The notes below the pieces were generated by a model that was not told the DNA's origin, did not search any database, and worked only from the letters and a program-made list of their open reading frames with translations. DNA of 64,000 bases from the sequence record OY720014; one strand, given 5' to 3'. This stretch comes from Escherichia phage vB_Eco_QOTSP. The position numbers and the translations under genes are program-made. Numbering within the stretch: the stretch's first letter is position 1; each line of letters begins with the position of its first letter. This document shows, piece after piece, positions 10,741 through 20,689 of the stretch.

Positions 10741-12439
10741 TTGTGTATTGACCAGATGAAATAGAACTCATAGATGCCATTTTTTCTGTCCAATCACCAC
10801 CAACGTCCCAATCAACTGTCCCAGCAACTTTCCAAGAAAGATTTCCATTTACTGTATTAGTCTGATTTCCTTCAACTAAAGTGGTAGCATCTCCTTTAAC
10901 TGTAATGTCAGCATTACCTTCAACTACAATAGTAACATTACCTTTAACTAGGATAGTTCCATTACCTTCAACCGTCTTAGTTTCATCGCCTCTAACAAAT
11001 ATCGTATTGCTTCCATCTATTTGGTGAAGACGATTATCCATGTTGTAATAAATTTCTGATCCACCGACGTTAGTCTTTTTATCACCGGCTACCAAAAAAT
11101 TACCATCAGCATTGGTTATATCATACAAATTATCAACAGTTTTTCTTGTTCTTCTTCCTGACGGTGATACTTCTTCATAAGTTCCAGTTGGATGAACTAA
11201 TCTGTATCGTTCTTGCCCAGGGGTATCATCAAATTCCTGAATATGTCCACTTTCAGTTTCCATTGTATGCACATAAGGATATTCGCCTTTATATGAAGAA
11301 ACTGGTTCTTTGAATAAAATTCTCGAGTCATTTGGAATAGGAGGGTCAGCAGGGTCAGAAGATTTAGCTACAGTCGCAGCCATTGCCGATAAAGACCTAG
11401 CTGGAGTTTTCACTTCAACACCATATGATTCCAAATTCCCCGTAAGAATAATCATGGTAACACGGGATGCACGGCCTTTTGTTTGTTGATACCACAATGA
11501 ATCACGACCGGCTTTATATGCTTTTTCCCAATCTCCTGCTAACATAGCAGTTAACATTGTGTTAAATTTAGCTACACCGCCAACACCCATCTGAAATGCC
11601 ATATTTTCTAATGCCATTTGACGAGAACGGTTGACAGCTTGCCAGACTGGTCCTACTTTAGAATGCGATTTAATGTCACGTTGCATATCAGCCAAATCAC
11701 GCTCAAATAAAGTCGTCGCTTCTTCCATTGTAATAGAACCTGGATTTCCTGTAATTTCACGACCAACTTGTTTTGATAAAACTTTATTAATTTGAGCCAT
11801 ATCACGAACTGGCTGCTTCATGATAAGATGACCAATACCAATTGTCGGATATCCTTCAGTATCCCAATAAACTTTTAGTCTTAATCCTTCATCACGGCGA
11901 AGCATTTCAGCCATTGACATGTTTGGATTATCATCAGTTGGAATCTCTGATAGTGGTCTATCATCGGGATTTATTGCGGTGTCTAAGTTACTATCTTGAA
12001 TAACATTAGAAGAGGAATCATATCCTACTTCTCCGCCTTGGTTTAGTACGTTAGTATCATTTCCTAAACGTCTAGGATATTGCCCAGTTGGGTCAGAAAA
12101 TCCTTCAAGTCTATTCGGTTTTTCGCGAACTATTCCACCATACGTGCCAAGGACAATTCCGTTAGTTTTCCATTTGTCTAAAAAATGACCATAAACTCTA
12201 GTTCCTTCTACCGGTCCAGTAACAGAACCTCCAATTCCTGACATTGCTGCAGAAGTTATAGGTTGAATAACTGACATCCATGGTAATTTTTCAGTTGGAA
12301 TACCCATTACATCACCTTGTGCTCTTTGTGGTGGATGCAGACCAACCACACGAACACGAACACGACCTAATTTTAATGGGTCCATTCTATCTTCAACAAC
12401 ACCAACAAACCAGTTGAGGTTATTACTTATCATTTCCAT
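10712..12439 (-). CDS. 5: baseplate hub subunit and tail lysozyme gp5
   Basis: 575-aa ORF; central lysozyme domain (EGLRLKVYWDTEGYPTIGIGH) and C-terminal VxGxxxxx beta-helix repeats. Confidence 0.95.
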   Translation of the reverse strand: MEMISNNLNWFVGVVEDRMDPLKLGRVRVRVVGLHPPQRAQGDVMGIPTEKLPWMSVIQPITSAAMSGIGGSVTGPVEGTRVYGHFLDKWKTNGIVLGTYGGIVREKPNRLEGFSDPTGQYPRRLGNDTNVLNQGGEVGYDSSSNVIQDSNLDTAINPDDRPLSEIPTDDNPNMSMAEMLRRDEGLRLKVYWDTEGYPTIGIGHLIMKQPVRDMAQINKVLSKQVGREITGNPGSITMEEATTLFERDLADMQRDIKSHSKVGPVWQAVNRSRQMALENMAFQMGVGGVAKFNTMLTAMLAGDWEKAYKAGRDSLWYQQTKGRASRVTMIILTGNLESYGVEVKTPARSLSAMAATVAKSSDPADPPIPNDSRILFKEPVSSYKGEYPYVHTMETESGHIQEFDDTPGQERYRLVHPTGTYEEVSPSGRRTRKTVDNLYDITNADGNFLVAGDKKTNVGGSEIYYNMDNRLHQIDGSNTIFVRGDETKTVEGNGTILVKGNVTIVVEGNADITVKGDATTLVEGNQTNTVNGNLSWKVAGTVDWDVGGDWTEKMASMSSISSGQYTIDGSRIDIG

Positions 12440-13013
12440 AAGATTTCTCCATTATACGTATAAGGTCGTTCATAAATGAATTAATGTCTGATTTTGCTAT
12501 TATTTTTATTTGACGAAGTTTTTCATTTTCAAGAACAGCAGCTTCATACGTATCGACCGCAGCAAGTGCTCCTTCATATTGAGGATATTTTCTAGCTTTA
12601 TCACCTTTGTCATACCAAACATATGGATTATCATCGTATGATATTAAATTATAAAATTTTTCACCGTTCTCATTTACATGATATACTATTTGGTCTCCAC
12701 CTACGTTTTTGTATTTTTGTATAGATGCTTGATAAGCAGCTTCTTGCGAAGTAATCCATCCATAATACGGGTCATAATTATCATTACACATCAATAAAAC
12801 CCAATACAACTGTGGATTTCCATATATAGTATTTGCTAATTCTTCCGGGCGTGGTGAACCTTTAATATAATAAGTACGTAAGCGGTATCCCGCAAGAGCA
12901 CGTTTGAAATAGTCTTTATAGTTTCTAAAAATATCTGTCATAGGAATAGTCGGCGCGTTTTTATTCACCGTTTTGGCCGCATATTCAATCGGATCAAAAA
13001 ATGTAAAGAGCAT
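12423..13013 (-). CDS. 53: baseplate wedge subunit gp53
   Basis: 196-aa ORF, T4 gp53 size; overlaps gene 5 start. Confidence 0.9.
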   Translation of the reverse strand: MLFTFFDPIEYAAKTVNKNAPTIPMTDIFRNYKDYFKRALAGYRLRTYYIKGSPRPEELANTIYGNPQLYWVLLMCNDNYDPYYGWITSQEAAYQASIQKYKNVGGDQIVYHVNENGEKFYNLISYDDNPYVWYDKGDKARKYPQYEGALAAVDTYEAAVLENEKLRQIKIIAKSDINSFMNDLIRIMEKSYGNDK

Positions 13014-13026
13014 GGGCCCTCCTGTT

Positions 13027-13034
13027 TATAAATA
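13027..13034 (+). promoter_or_regulatory. late promoter TATAAATA for gene 4
   Basis: Exact TATAAATA about 27 nt upstream of the gene 4 ATG; back-to-back with the gene 53 late promoter. Confidence 0.6.
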
Positions 13035-13041
13035 TATTATC

Positions 13042-13049
13042 TATTTATA
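13042..13049 (-). promoter_or_regulatory. late promoter TATAAATA (minus strand) for gene 53
   Basis: Plus-strand tatttata is TATAAATA on the minus strand, about 30 nt upstream of the gene 53 start codon. Confidence 0.6.
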
Positions 13050-13060
13050 AGGAGAATCCA

Positions 13061-13513
13061 ATGGCATATTCTGGAAAATGGGTTCCTAAAAATATATCAA
13101 AATATAGAGGTGACCCTAAAAAAATTACGTATAGATCAAATTGGGAAAAATTCTTTTTTGAATGGTTAGATAAAAATCCAGAAATTATTGCATGGGGTAG
13201 TGAAACAGCAGTAATTCCTTATTTTTGTAATGCAGAAGGGAAAAAACGTAGATACTTCATGGATATTTGGATGAAAGATTCTTCTGGACAAGAATTTTTT
13301 ATTGAAATAAAACCTAAAAAAGAAACACAACCACCAGTTAAACCAGCACATCTAACAACTGCAGCGAAGAAAAGATTTATGAATGAAATTTATACATATT
13401 CCGTTAATACCGACAAATGGAAAGCAGCGCAAGCTTTAGCTGAAAAGCGTGGAATAAAATTTAGAATTCTAACAGAAGATGGATTACGAGCTCTTGGCTT
13501 TAAGGGGGCATAA
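13061..13513 (+). CDS. 4: head completion protein gp4
   Basis: 150-aa ORF, T4 gp4 size and position. Confidence 0.9.
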
Positions 13514-14337
13514 TGGCTATTTTTCAAATAATTAATGAAAGCACTCCCCAAGTTCCAAAGGTTAAGCAATCATTAAACGAAAAGAAATGGATTCAGATAG
13601 GTCTTGAATATAAAAAGGCCAAAGCAAAAGGAATGACAGGAAAGCAATTTGCTGAAGAAAGAGGAATCAAATACTCTACGTTTACTTCAGCAATGTCAAA
13701 ATATGCTTCAGGAATTAAAACGGCTGAAAAGATTCAAAAGCTTGAATCAAAACCAATGAATAAACTCAATAAGCAAGAAAGACAACTGCTTATGATAAAT
13801 TCATTCAGACAAACATTGCGTGATAAAATTCGTAATGAAGGTGCAGCAATTAATAATAAAACCAGAAAGTGGTTTGCTGAAACTATTAAGCAAGTAAAAG
13901 GACATAAAGTTGTTCGCCCGCAGCCGGGACGAATATATGCTTTTGCTTATGATGCTAAACACAAGGAAACTCTTCCTTACTGGGATAAATTTCCTTTGAT
14001 AATTTACCTTGGTTTAGGTAAGCATAACTTAATGTACGGATTAAACTTGCACTATATTCCACCTAAAGCTCGTCAGCAATTCCTAGAAGAGCTTTTAAAG
14101 CAATATGCAAATACACCTACTATTACTAATAAAACGAAATTAAAAATTGATTGGAGTCAAGTGAAAGGATTTAGGGGTGCAGACCAAATGATTAAGGCAT
14201 ATATACCTGGTAATATTATGGGTAGCCTTGTTGAAATCGCCCCGAAAGACTGGGCGAACGTTGTGTTGATGCCACTTCAGCAGTTCGTTTCAAAAGGAAA
14301 ACGTTTCTCTGCAAACAAAGTCTGGTCAAATATTTAA
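13513..14337 (+). CDS. 2: DNA end protector protein gp2
   Basis: 274-aa ORF, T4 gp2 size; start overlaps gene 4 stop. Confidence 0.9.
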
Positions 14338-14443
14338 TTCTATTATCTTCCATTCTTTTCTGTTGTTTGTTCTAAATGGAATTGAATGGAAGGGACTTAG
14401 ACCCATTATACCACCAACAGTTATAAAGCATTATGAGGAATAT

Positions 14444-14974
14444 ATGTCGCAAGCTCTGCAACAAATTTTTAACCAAGCAAATACAACTAACTTTGTAGTA
14501 TCAATACCACATAGTAATACTACATCTGCTTTTACTTTAAATGCTCAGTCAGTTCCTATTCCAGGAATTAGAATACCTGTTACTGATACCGTGACTGGGC
14601 CGTTTGGACTGGGCCGAGCACAACGTCCAGGTGTTACATTCGAGTATGATCCACTCATTGTGAGATTTATAGTTGATGAAGAACTTAAATCATGGATAGG
14701 AATGTATGAATGGATGCTAGGAACTAGCAACTATCTTACAGGTGAAAATACTGCTCAAAAAACAGGTCCTGAGTACATTACGCTTTACATCTTAGATAAT
14801 AGCAAAACTGAAATCGTGATGTCAATAAATTTTTATAAGCCTTGGGTTTCTGACCTATCTGAAGTAGAATTTAGCTACACAGAAGATTCAGACCCGGCTT
14901 TAGTATGTACTGCAACGATTCCTTACACATATTTTCAAGTAGAAAAAGATGGAAAAATTATAGCAGAAGTTTAA
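14444..14974 (+). CDS. 3: tail completion / sheath stabiliser gp3
   Basis: ORF track 14363..14974 trimmed to ATG 14444 preceded by GAGGAA; 176 aa as T4 gp3. Confidence 0.85.
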   Translation: MSQALQQIFNQANTTNFVVSIPHSNTTSAFTLNAQSVPIPGIRIPVTDTVTGPFGLGRAQRPGVTFEYDPLIVRFIVDEELKSWIGMYEWMLGTSNYLTGENTAQKTGPEYITLYILDNSKTEIVMSINFYKPWVSDLSEVEFSYTEDSDPALVCTATIPYTYFQVEKDGKIIAEV

Positions 14975-14998
14975 TGCTTCAGTTTTGTGTGTTATAAT
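14975..14998 (+). promoter_or_regulatory. MotA-type middle promoter for gene 1
   Basis: TGCTTCA MotA-box-like motif 11 nt upstream of TATAAT -10. Confidence 0.5.
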
Positions 14999-15023
14999 CT
15001 TAATTAAATTTGAGGAGAAACAC

Positions 15024-15748
15024 ATGAAACTAATCTTTTTAAGCGGTGTAAAGCGTAGTGGAAAAGATACTACTGCTGATTTTATCATGAGCAATTATTC
15101 TGCAGTTAAATACCAACTTGCTGGTCCTATTAAGGATGCATTGGCTTATGCATGGGGCGTATTTGCAGAAAACACTGACTATCCTTGCTTAACTCGTAAA
15201 GAGTTTGAAGGAATTGACTATGATCGTGAGACTAATTTAAATCTGACTAAATCAGAAGTAATCACGATTATGGAACAAGCATTTTGCTATCTTAACGGTA
15301 AAAGCCCAATTAAGGGTGTGTTTGTTTTTGATGACGAAGGACAAGAATCAGTTAATTCTGTAGCATTTAACAAGATTATTGACGTTATAAATAATATTGA
15401 AGATCAATGGTCAGTCCGTCGTCTGATGCAAGCCCTAGGTACGGATTTGATTGTTAATAACTTCGACCGCATGTACTGGGTAAAATTATTTGCTTTAGAT
15501 TATCTTGATAAATTTAACTCAGGTTATGATTATTATATCGTTCCTGATACTCGTCAAGATCATGAAATGGATGCGGCTAGGGCGATGGGTGCTACAGTAA
15601 TTCATGTAGTTCGTCCTGGTCAAAAATCCAATGATACACATATTACAGAAGCTGGATTGCCAATTCGTGATGGCGATTTAGTAATTACAAACGATGGTTC
15701 TCTTGAAGAACTTTTTTCTAAAATTAAAAATACACTAAAGGTACTATA

Positions 15749-15749
<1 letters not shown>
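15024..15749 (+). CDS. 1: deoxynucleoside monophosphate kinase gp1
   Basis: ORF track 14985..15749 trimmed to ATG 15024 after GAGGAG; 241 aa; P-loop LSGVKRSGKDT. Confidence 0.9.
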
Positions 15750-16458
<709 letters not shown>

Positions 16459-16465
<7 letters not shown>

Positions 16466-16488
16466 TACTGATGAGGTAGTGATACTAT
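16459..16488 (+). promoter_or_regulatory. early promoter (GTTTAC -35, TACTAT -10)
   Basis: GTTTAC, 18-nt spacer, TACTAT; -10 sits in the loop of inverted repeat gaggta...tacctc. Confidence 0.65.
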
Positions 16489-16519
16489 TACCTCATCAAA
16501 ATTAATTAGGAAAATAAAA

Positions 16520-16777
16520 ATGAAAACTTTCAAAGAGTTTGCTACAGAAACTATTATCACTGAATCTTCTCATGGTATGGAAGTAAAGCTTGGAATGGCT
16601 TTAGCTGAAGCTGAGCGTCTTTTTTCTCGTATTAAAGAACTTGCTGCTGCAGTCGATCCTTCATCTTTTAAAGGAGACCAAACTAAAGTTAAAGCACTTT
16701 TAGCATTATGCTCTGATGCAGGAGAAATCGCTAAGAACGGTTCTAAGATGAAGAAACGATTAGAAGATTTAAAATAA
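16520..16777 (+). CDS. small internal-protein-like protein with capsid-targeting-like N-terminus
   Basis: 85-aa ORF starting MKTFKEFATE, resembling the MKTYQEFIAE capsid-targeting sequence; own early promoter. Confidence 0.6.
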   Translation: MKTFKEFATETIITESSHGMEVKLGMALAEAERLFSRIKELAAAVDPSSFKGDQTKVKALLALCSDAGEIAKNGSKMKKRLEDLK

Positions 16778-16796
16778 TTTCACAAAGTTGTTTACA
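16766..16796 (+). repeat. 31-bp direct repeat, copy 2
   Basis: Identical to 16435..16465. Confidence 0.9.
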
Positions 16797-16819
16797 CGGG
16801 GTTTTAGTAGTGATACTAT
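16790..16819 (+). promoter_or_regulatory. early promoter (GTTTAC -35, TACTAT -10)
   Basis: GTTTAC, 18-nt spacer, TACTAT inside inverted repeat; followed by CCTATCAAAA box. Confidence 0.65.
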
Positions 16820-16855
16820 TACCCTATCAAAACAAATGTGAAATTGGAGAATAAA

Positions 16856-17089
16856 ATGAAAACGTATCAAGAATTTATTGCTGAAGCTGCTGATGTAAAA
16901 GTTGAGTTTATTTACATTGGCAAGAAAGATAAAATGGGCGAAATGCCTCATGGAGTTCTTCGTGATGCATTAGATAATTTCGGTCAACTCGCCGCAGAAG
17001 ATTACGGTGATAAAATTGTTGTTACTGGTCCGGCTGCAGTTATTGAAAAATGGGCAGCAGAAAATAAATCAATTTTTCGTAAAAAATGA
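16856..17089 (+). CDS. internal-protein-like protein (capsid targeting sequence MKTYQEFIAEA)
   Basis: ORF track 16838..17089 trimmed to ATG 16856 after GGAGAA; N-terminus MKTYQEFIAEA matches the T4 internal-protein targeting signal. Confidence 0.65.
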   Translation: MKTYQEFIAEAADVKVEFIYIGKKDKMGEMPHGVLRDALDNFGQLAAEDYGDKIVVTGPAAVIEKWAAENKSIFRKK

Positions 17090-17119
17090 GTTTACTTTTA
17101 GATAGGGTAGTGATACTAT
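17090..17119 (+). promoter_or_regulatory. early promoter (GTTTAC -35, TACTAT -10)
   Basis: GTTTAC immediately after the upstream stop; -10 in loop of gatagggta...taccctatc. Confidence 0.65.
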
Positions 17120-17147
17120 TACCCTATCAACTACTGAGGAGAATAAA

Positions 17148-17333
17148 ATGAAACGTTGTGAATTAATTCGAAATGTTGCTATTGCAATTTCTGCTTCCGC
17201 TTTTAGTTTTTCAATGTTTGTTGGATTTATATGCGGATTATTAACTACAGCAGAAAATGTGTTTTCACTTGTAGTAGCATTTTTAATTGGTTTAATTGCT
17301 ATCGTTATGGATAAAATTTCTAAAGGTGAATAA
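17148..17333 (+). CDS. small hydrophobic (membrane) protein
   Basis: 61-aa ORF with GGAGAA ribosome-binding site; predicted single transmembrane segment. Confidence 0.5.
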   Translation: MKRCELIRNVAIAISASAFSFSMFVGFICGLLTTAENVFSLVVAFLIGLIAIVMDKISKGE

Positions 17334-17744
17334 ATGAGTATTAACGAATATTATGTTTATGCCGGGGATTATGCAAATCCTTCTCATTTTGAAGGTAATT
17401 TAATACCTGATAAAGTTTTTAATACTCCTTTTGAAGCGTGGAGTTGGATTGAAAGTAAAAATGGATTTTCTTACCGTTATGTTGAAGTAACTGATTGGAG
17501 AGGAACTAAATATCCTAAAGACCATTATTACGTAAATCCATCTAAGGTAAATTTTCTTTTATTCGCAGGTGATAATTATTATCCTTGTGGTGGATATGAT
17601 GATTTAATTGCGTATGCTGAAACAGAAGATAAACTGCGTGATATCATTAAAGAAAATGAAAATAAACCGGATTATGGTTCCAATCGCTTTGACTGGTGGC
17701 AAATCGTAAATGCCCATACTCATGCTATCGTTGATAGAGGCTGA
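17334..17744 (+). CDS. hypothetical protein
   Basis: 136-aa ORF; start overlaps upstream stop. Confidence 0.6.
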   Translation: MSINEYYVYAGDYANPSHFEGNLIPDKVFNTPFEAWSWIESKNGFSYRYVEVTDWRGTKYPKDHYYVNPSKVNFLLFAGDNYYPCGGYDDLIAYAETEDKLRDIIKENENKPDYGSNRFDWWQIVNAHTHAIVDRG

Positions 17745-17767
17745 CAATGATTCTTTATGCTAAAGTA
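17742..17767 (+). repeat. 26-bp direct repeat, copy 1 (stop codon plus MILYAKV start)
   Basis: tgacaatgattctttatgctaaagta; 24 of 26 identical to 18197..18222. Confidence 0.85.
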
Positions 17768-17794
17768 CTACCTTATAGGAATGATATTGCTTAA
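17747..17794 (+). pseudogene. truncated duplicate of the N-terminus of the gene at 18202 (MILYAKV...)
   Basis: 15-codon ORF MILYAKVLPYRNDIA sharing its first 7 codons with the 18202 gene. Confidence 0.4.
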
Positions 17795-17818
17795 ATTAAT
17801 ATTGAGGTAGCTGAGACT

Positions 17819-18199
17819 ATGAAATTAATTAAATCGGGTGGAACCAGATGGGTACTACTAACACGTAAGTATGCTATTAAGTTCCCTATCCCCAAGACAT
17901 GGAAACACTTCGTGCAGGGTATGCTCAGCAATCTTACAGAAGGTCAGTGGAAGGGGTATGATAACAAGCACCTATGCCCAATAGCATACTCAAACAGATT
18001 TGGTCTCATGGTTGTGATGCACAAAGCAGAGCCAGTTGAGGATAAGGAGCTTTTTAAATCTGATTTGCAAAAGCTCTATAATGATGTTGATGGTGATGAA
18101 TGCAGAACGCTTGACCGTGATTTCTTTGAGTATGATGCCTTTCCAAAGAACTTTGGCTACTACAAAGGTAGATTGGTCAAGATAGACTACGGAGTGTGA
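17819..18199 (+). CDS. hypothetical protein in a GC-richer inserted segment
   Basis: 126-aa ORF with visibly higher GC than neighbours; flanked by the 26-bp direct repeats. Confidence 0.6.
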   Translation: MKLIKSGGTRWVLLTRKYAIKFPIPKTWKHFVQGMLSNLTEGQWKGYDNKHLCPIAYSNRFGLMVVMHKAEPVEDKELFKSDLQKLYNDVDGDECRTLDRDFFEYDAFPKNFGYYKGRLVKIDYGV

Positions 18200-18222
18200 T
18201 AATGATTCTTTATGCAAAAGTA
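18197..18222 (+). repeat. 26-bp direct repeat, copy 2
   Basis: tgataatgattctttatgcaaaagta. Confidence 0.85.
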
Positions 18223-18492
18223 TCATCCATTGAAAATGGATATAAATATGATCAAGAAGCAGCTAAAGCCTTGATTGATGATTATGGCATTTTAACATGT
18301 TTTGAAGTTGAAAAGGTTTACATTGACCGTTCATCTTCTCAGGTTAAATTAGTAAAAGAAGACCGTAAATTTAATACAGTAAATTTTGATTTCTTTATTG
18401 AAACAGAAAAAGGTCCTCTTGAATATGATATTTTCAAGAATCCTTTGGGTCTTGAATGTATTCAGAAAACGTATATTAATGCAGCGTGGTGA
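18202..18492 (+). CDS. hypothetical protein
   Basis: ORF track 18196..18492 trimmed to ATG 18202; 96 aa. Confidence 0.6.
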   Translation: MILYAKVSSIENGYKYDQEAAKALIDDYGILTCFEVEKVYIDRSSSQVKLVKEDRKFNTVNFDFFIETEKGPLEYDIFKNPLGLECIQKTYINAAW

Positions 18493-18494
18493 AA

Positions 18495-19089
18495 ATGAAT
18501 ATTTGTTTAGGTACTACAATTCCGCAGGGTTACGTAATTGATGTCACTACCTGGGAAAATGATGGTGACAACTATAAAACTAAAACACTGTTTGGCGTAG
18601 AAGAGCATGAAATCTTACAATTCCAATATCTTTTAAAGAAGTTTAAAAGCAGACATTCTAGTACTAAAGCTGAACGTTATTGTGGTAATGGCTTGTTCAG
18701 CGAGCAATCGCTTTTTATTTATGAATACTTGGTTGAAGGACTGTTCTCAGAACAACTTTATCCAGAATTCATTAAAAAGGTAGCAATCGCTTTTTATTTA
18801 TGAATACTTGGTTGAAGGACTGTTCTCAGAACAACTTTATCCAGAATTCATTAAAAAGGTCTTTGACATAGAAGTTGACCTTGGTAATAAATCCGAAGAA
18901 GACGAAGAACGTGTATTTGACTTATTCTTTGTGAATGGTAATAAAGTGCTTGAAGGACTTATTAATATTTTAGGCAGTGCTTCTGAGTATTATGATTATG
19001 ATTTTTTGCGTGTAGTTGAGAGTGTTAAATACTCTTATATAGAAAAAGAAATTGTTTTGCCGACCGTTAAAATGTTTAATTTGCTTTAA
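18495..19089 (+). pseudogene. hypothetical gene split into two ORFs by a 79-bp tandem duplication
   Basis: ORFs 18495..18803 and 18808..19089 join into one frame if one repeat copy is removed; peptide EGLFSEQLYPEFIKKV occurs in both. Confidence 0.5.
18703..18860 (+). repeat. perfect 79-bp tandem duplication (2 copies)
   Basis: 18703..18781 and 18782..18860 are identical; 79 is not a multiple of 3, so the frame shifts. Confidence 0.9.
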
Positions 19090-19175
19090 GAATTATTTGT
19101 TATTATTAACTCATACCGCACTGATTAATACCCTCTATCATCAAGGGTTCTTGTTTGAGAGCCTTTGTTAATAAT

Positions 19176-19248
19176 TGGGAATTAGCCAAGTTGGTAAGGC
19201 ACTGGATTTTGATTCCAGGATGCAAAGGTTCGAGTCCTTTATTCCCAG
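19176..19248 (+). tRNA. tRNA-Gln (anticodon UUG)
   Basis: Cloverleaf: acceptor tgggaat/attccca, anticodon loop ttTTGat, T-loop TTCGAGT; CCA not encoded. Confidence 0.85.
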
Positions 19249-19249
19249 C

Positions 19250-19336
19250 GCGAGAATGGTCAAATTGGTAAAGGCACAGCACTTAAAATGCTGCGGAATG
19301 ATTTCCTTGTGGGTTCGAGTCCCACTTCTCGCACCA
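19250..19336 (+). tRNA. tRNA-Leu (anticodon UAA), long variable arm
   Basis: Acceptor gcgagaa/ttctcgc, anticodon loop ctTAAaa, long variable arm, encoded CCA. Confidence 0.85.
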
Positions 19337-19341
19337 AATTT

Positions 19342-19415
<74 letters not shown>

Positions 19416-19461
19416 ATTTATGACTCGTCGTGAGACGCTCAGTTCTTTATTAGGGACTGAT

Positions 19462-20070
19462 ATGCATTTTTATCTTTATAAAATAACAAATAAAATTAAT
19501 AATAAAATTTATATTGGTGTGCATTCTACCGAAAATTTAGATGATGGATATATGGGTTCTGGTAAATTATTAAAAAGAGCCCAAGATAAATATGGTATAG
19601 AAAATTTTTCTAAAGAAATATTAGAGTATTTTGACGATAAAGAATCTATGCTTGAAGCCGAGAAAAATATTGTCACAGAAGAGTTTTTAAATAGACCAGA
19701 TGTGTATAATTTAAAACTTGGAGGTGAAGGTGGATGGGATCATATAAATAATTATCCTATGACAGATCAGCAACGCGAATTAATTTCATTGGGTGTTAAA
19801 AAGGCGCATTCTAACGGAAAATTAAAAGGATGGTCTTCAAATGGATTAATGAAGAATGGCTTTGCTGGTAAAACTCATTCTCAAGAAGCTAAACGTAAAA
19901 TAGCAAAAGCAAACGAAGCAAAAGTTTCTGCGGATGAAAGAAAAAGAAGAATAGAAATTTCTAAATTATATGATTTTTCTAAACGTGGCGAATTGTCTAA
20001 ATATGCTAAGCATATTGGCGTAAGTCATACTCAAGCAAAAAGAATTCTAAATCAAATTAACAATATATAA
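19462..20070 (+). CDS. GIY-YIG homing endonuclease (SegB-like), inside the tRNA cluster
   Basis: ORF track 19420..20070; N-terminal YLYKITNKINNKIYIGVH ... GYMGSG is the GIY-YIG motif; likely start at M15 (19462). Confidence 0.8.
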   Translation: MHFYLYKITNKINNKIYIGVHSTENLDDGYMGSGKLLKRAQDKYGIENFSKEILEYFDDKESMLEAEKNIVTEEFLNRPDVYNLKLGGEGGWDHINNYPMTDQQRELISLGVKKAHSNGKLKGWSSNGLMKNGFAGKTHSQEAKRKIAKANEAKVSADERKRRIEISKLYDFSKRGELSKYAKHIGVSHTQAKRILNQINNI

Positions 20071-20076
20071 ATATTT

Positions 20077-20166
20077 GGAGGCGTGGCAGAGTGGTTTAAT
20101 GCACCGGTCTTGAAAACCGGCAGTCGCTCCGGCGACTCATAGGTTCAAATCCTATCGCCTCCGCCA
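20077..20166 (+). tRNA. tRNA-Ser (anticodon UGA), long variable arm
   Basis: Acceptor ggaggcg/cgcctcc, anticodon loop ctTGAaa, T-loop TTCAAAT, encoded CCA. Confidence 0.85.
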
Positions 20167-20172
20167 GTTTTT

Positions 20173-20248
20173 GCTGATTTAGCTCAGTAGGTAGAGCACC
20201 TCACTTGTAATGAGGACGTCGGCGGTTCGATTCCGTCAATCAGCACCA
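20173..20248 (+). tRNA. tRNA-Thr (anticodon UGU)
   Basis: Acceptor gctgatt/aatcagc, anticodon loop ctTGTaa, T-loop TTCGATT, encoded CCA. Confidence 0.85.
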
Positions 20249-20249
20249 A

Positions 20250-20324
20250 GGCCCTGTAGCTGGAAGGTTCAAGCAAGCGACTCATAATCGCCAGATGGTG
20301 GTTCAATTCCACCCAGGGCCACCA
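20250..20324 (+). tRNA. tRNA with anticodon CAU (Ile via lysidine by analogy with T4, or Met)
   Basis: Acceptor ggccctg/cagggcc, anticodon loop ctCATaa, T-loop TTCAATT, encoded CCA. Confidence 0.75.
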
Positions 20325-20333
20325 AATTAATTT

Positions 20334-20420
20334 GGGGAGTTATCCCGTAGAGGTAGCGGTGTGGACTGTAAATTCATTGTCATTGCGACTCGGGTGGTTC
20401 GACTCCACCACTCCCCACCA
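20334..20420 (+). tRNA. tRNA-Tyr (anticodon GUA), long variable arm
   Basis: Acceptor ggggagt/actcccc, anticodon loop ctGTAaa, variable arm gtc-attgc-gac, T-arm ggtgg-TTCGACT-ccacc; D-arm region atypical. Confidence 0.65.
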
Positions 20421-20424
20421 ATTT

Positions 20425-20499
20425 GGATGTGTAGCTCAATGGCAGAGCGATCGCCTGTTAAGCGATTGGTTATAGGTTCGAATCCTATCACGTCCGCCA
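20425..20499 (+). tRNA. tRNA-Asn (anticodon GUU)
   Basis: Acceptor ggatgtg/cacgtcc, anticodon loop ctGTTaa, T-loop TTCGAAT, encoded CCA. Confidence 0.8.
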
Positions 20500-20613
20500 A
20501 ATTTGTGACAACTGTCACATTAATATCTACTTGACGCGATTATAGGGGTTGAACTGATCACTCTTCTCTTAATTTCGTGTGAAGACATCTTGATTGTTGG
20601 AGTAGGTATTAAT

Positions 20614-20689
20614 GTGGCCGTAGTTCAGTTGGTAGAACTCGAGATTGTGATTCTCGTAGTCATGGGTTCGACTCCCATCGGTCACCCCA
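20614..20689 (+). tRNA. tRNA-His (anticodon GUG)
   Basis: Acceptor gtggccg/cggtcac, anticodon loop ttGTGat, T-loop TTCGACT, encoded CCA. Confidence 0.8.

Noticed and set aside
20327-20518. Minus-strand 63-aa ORF over the tRNA cluster
   Set aside because: It overlaps three well-folded tRNA genes; this is a chance ORF.
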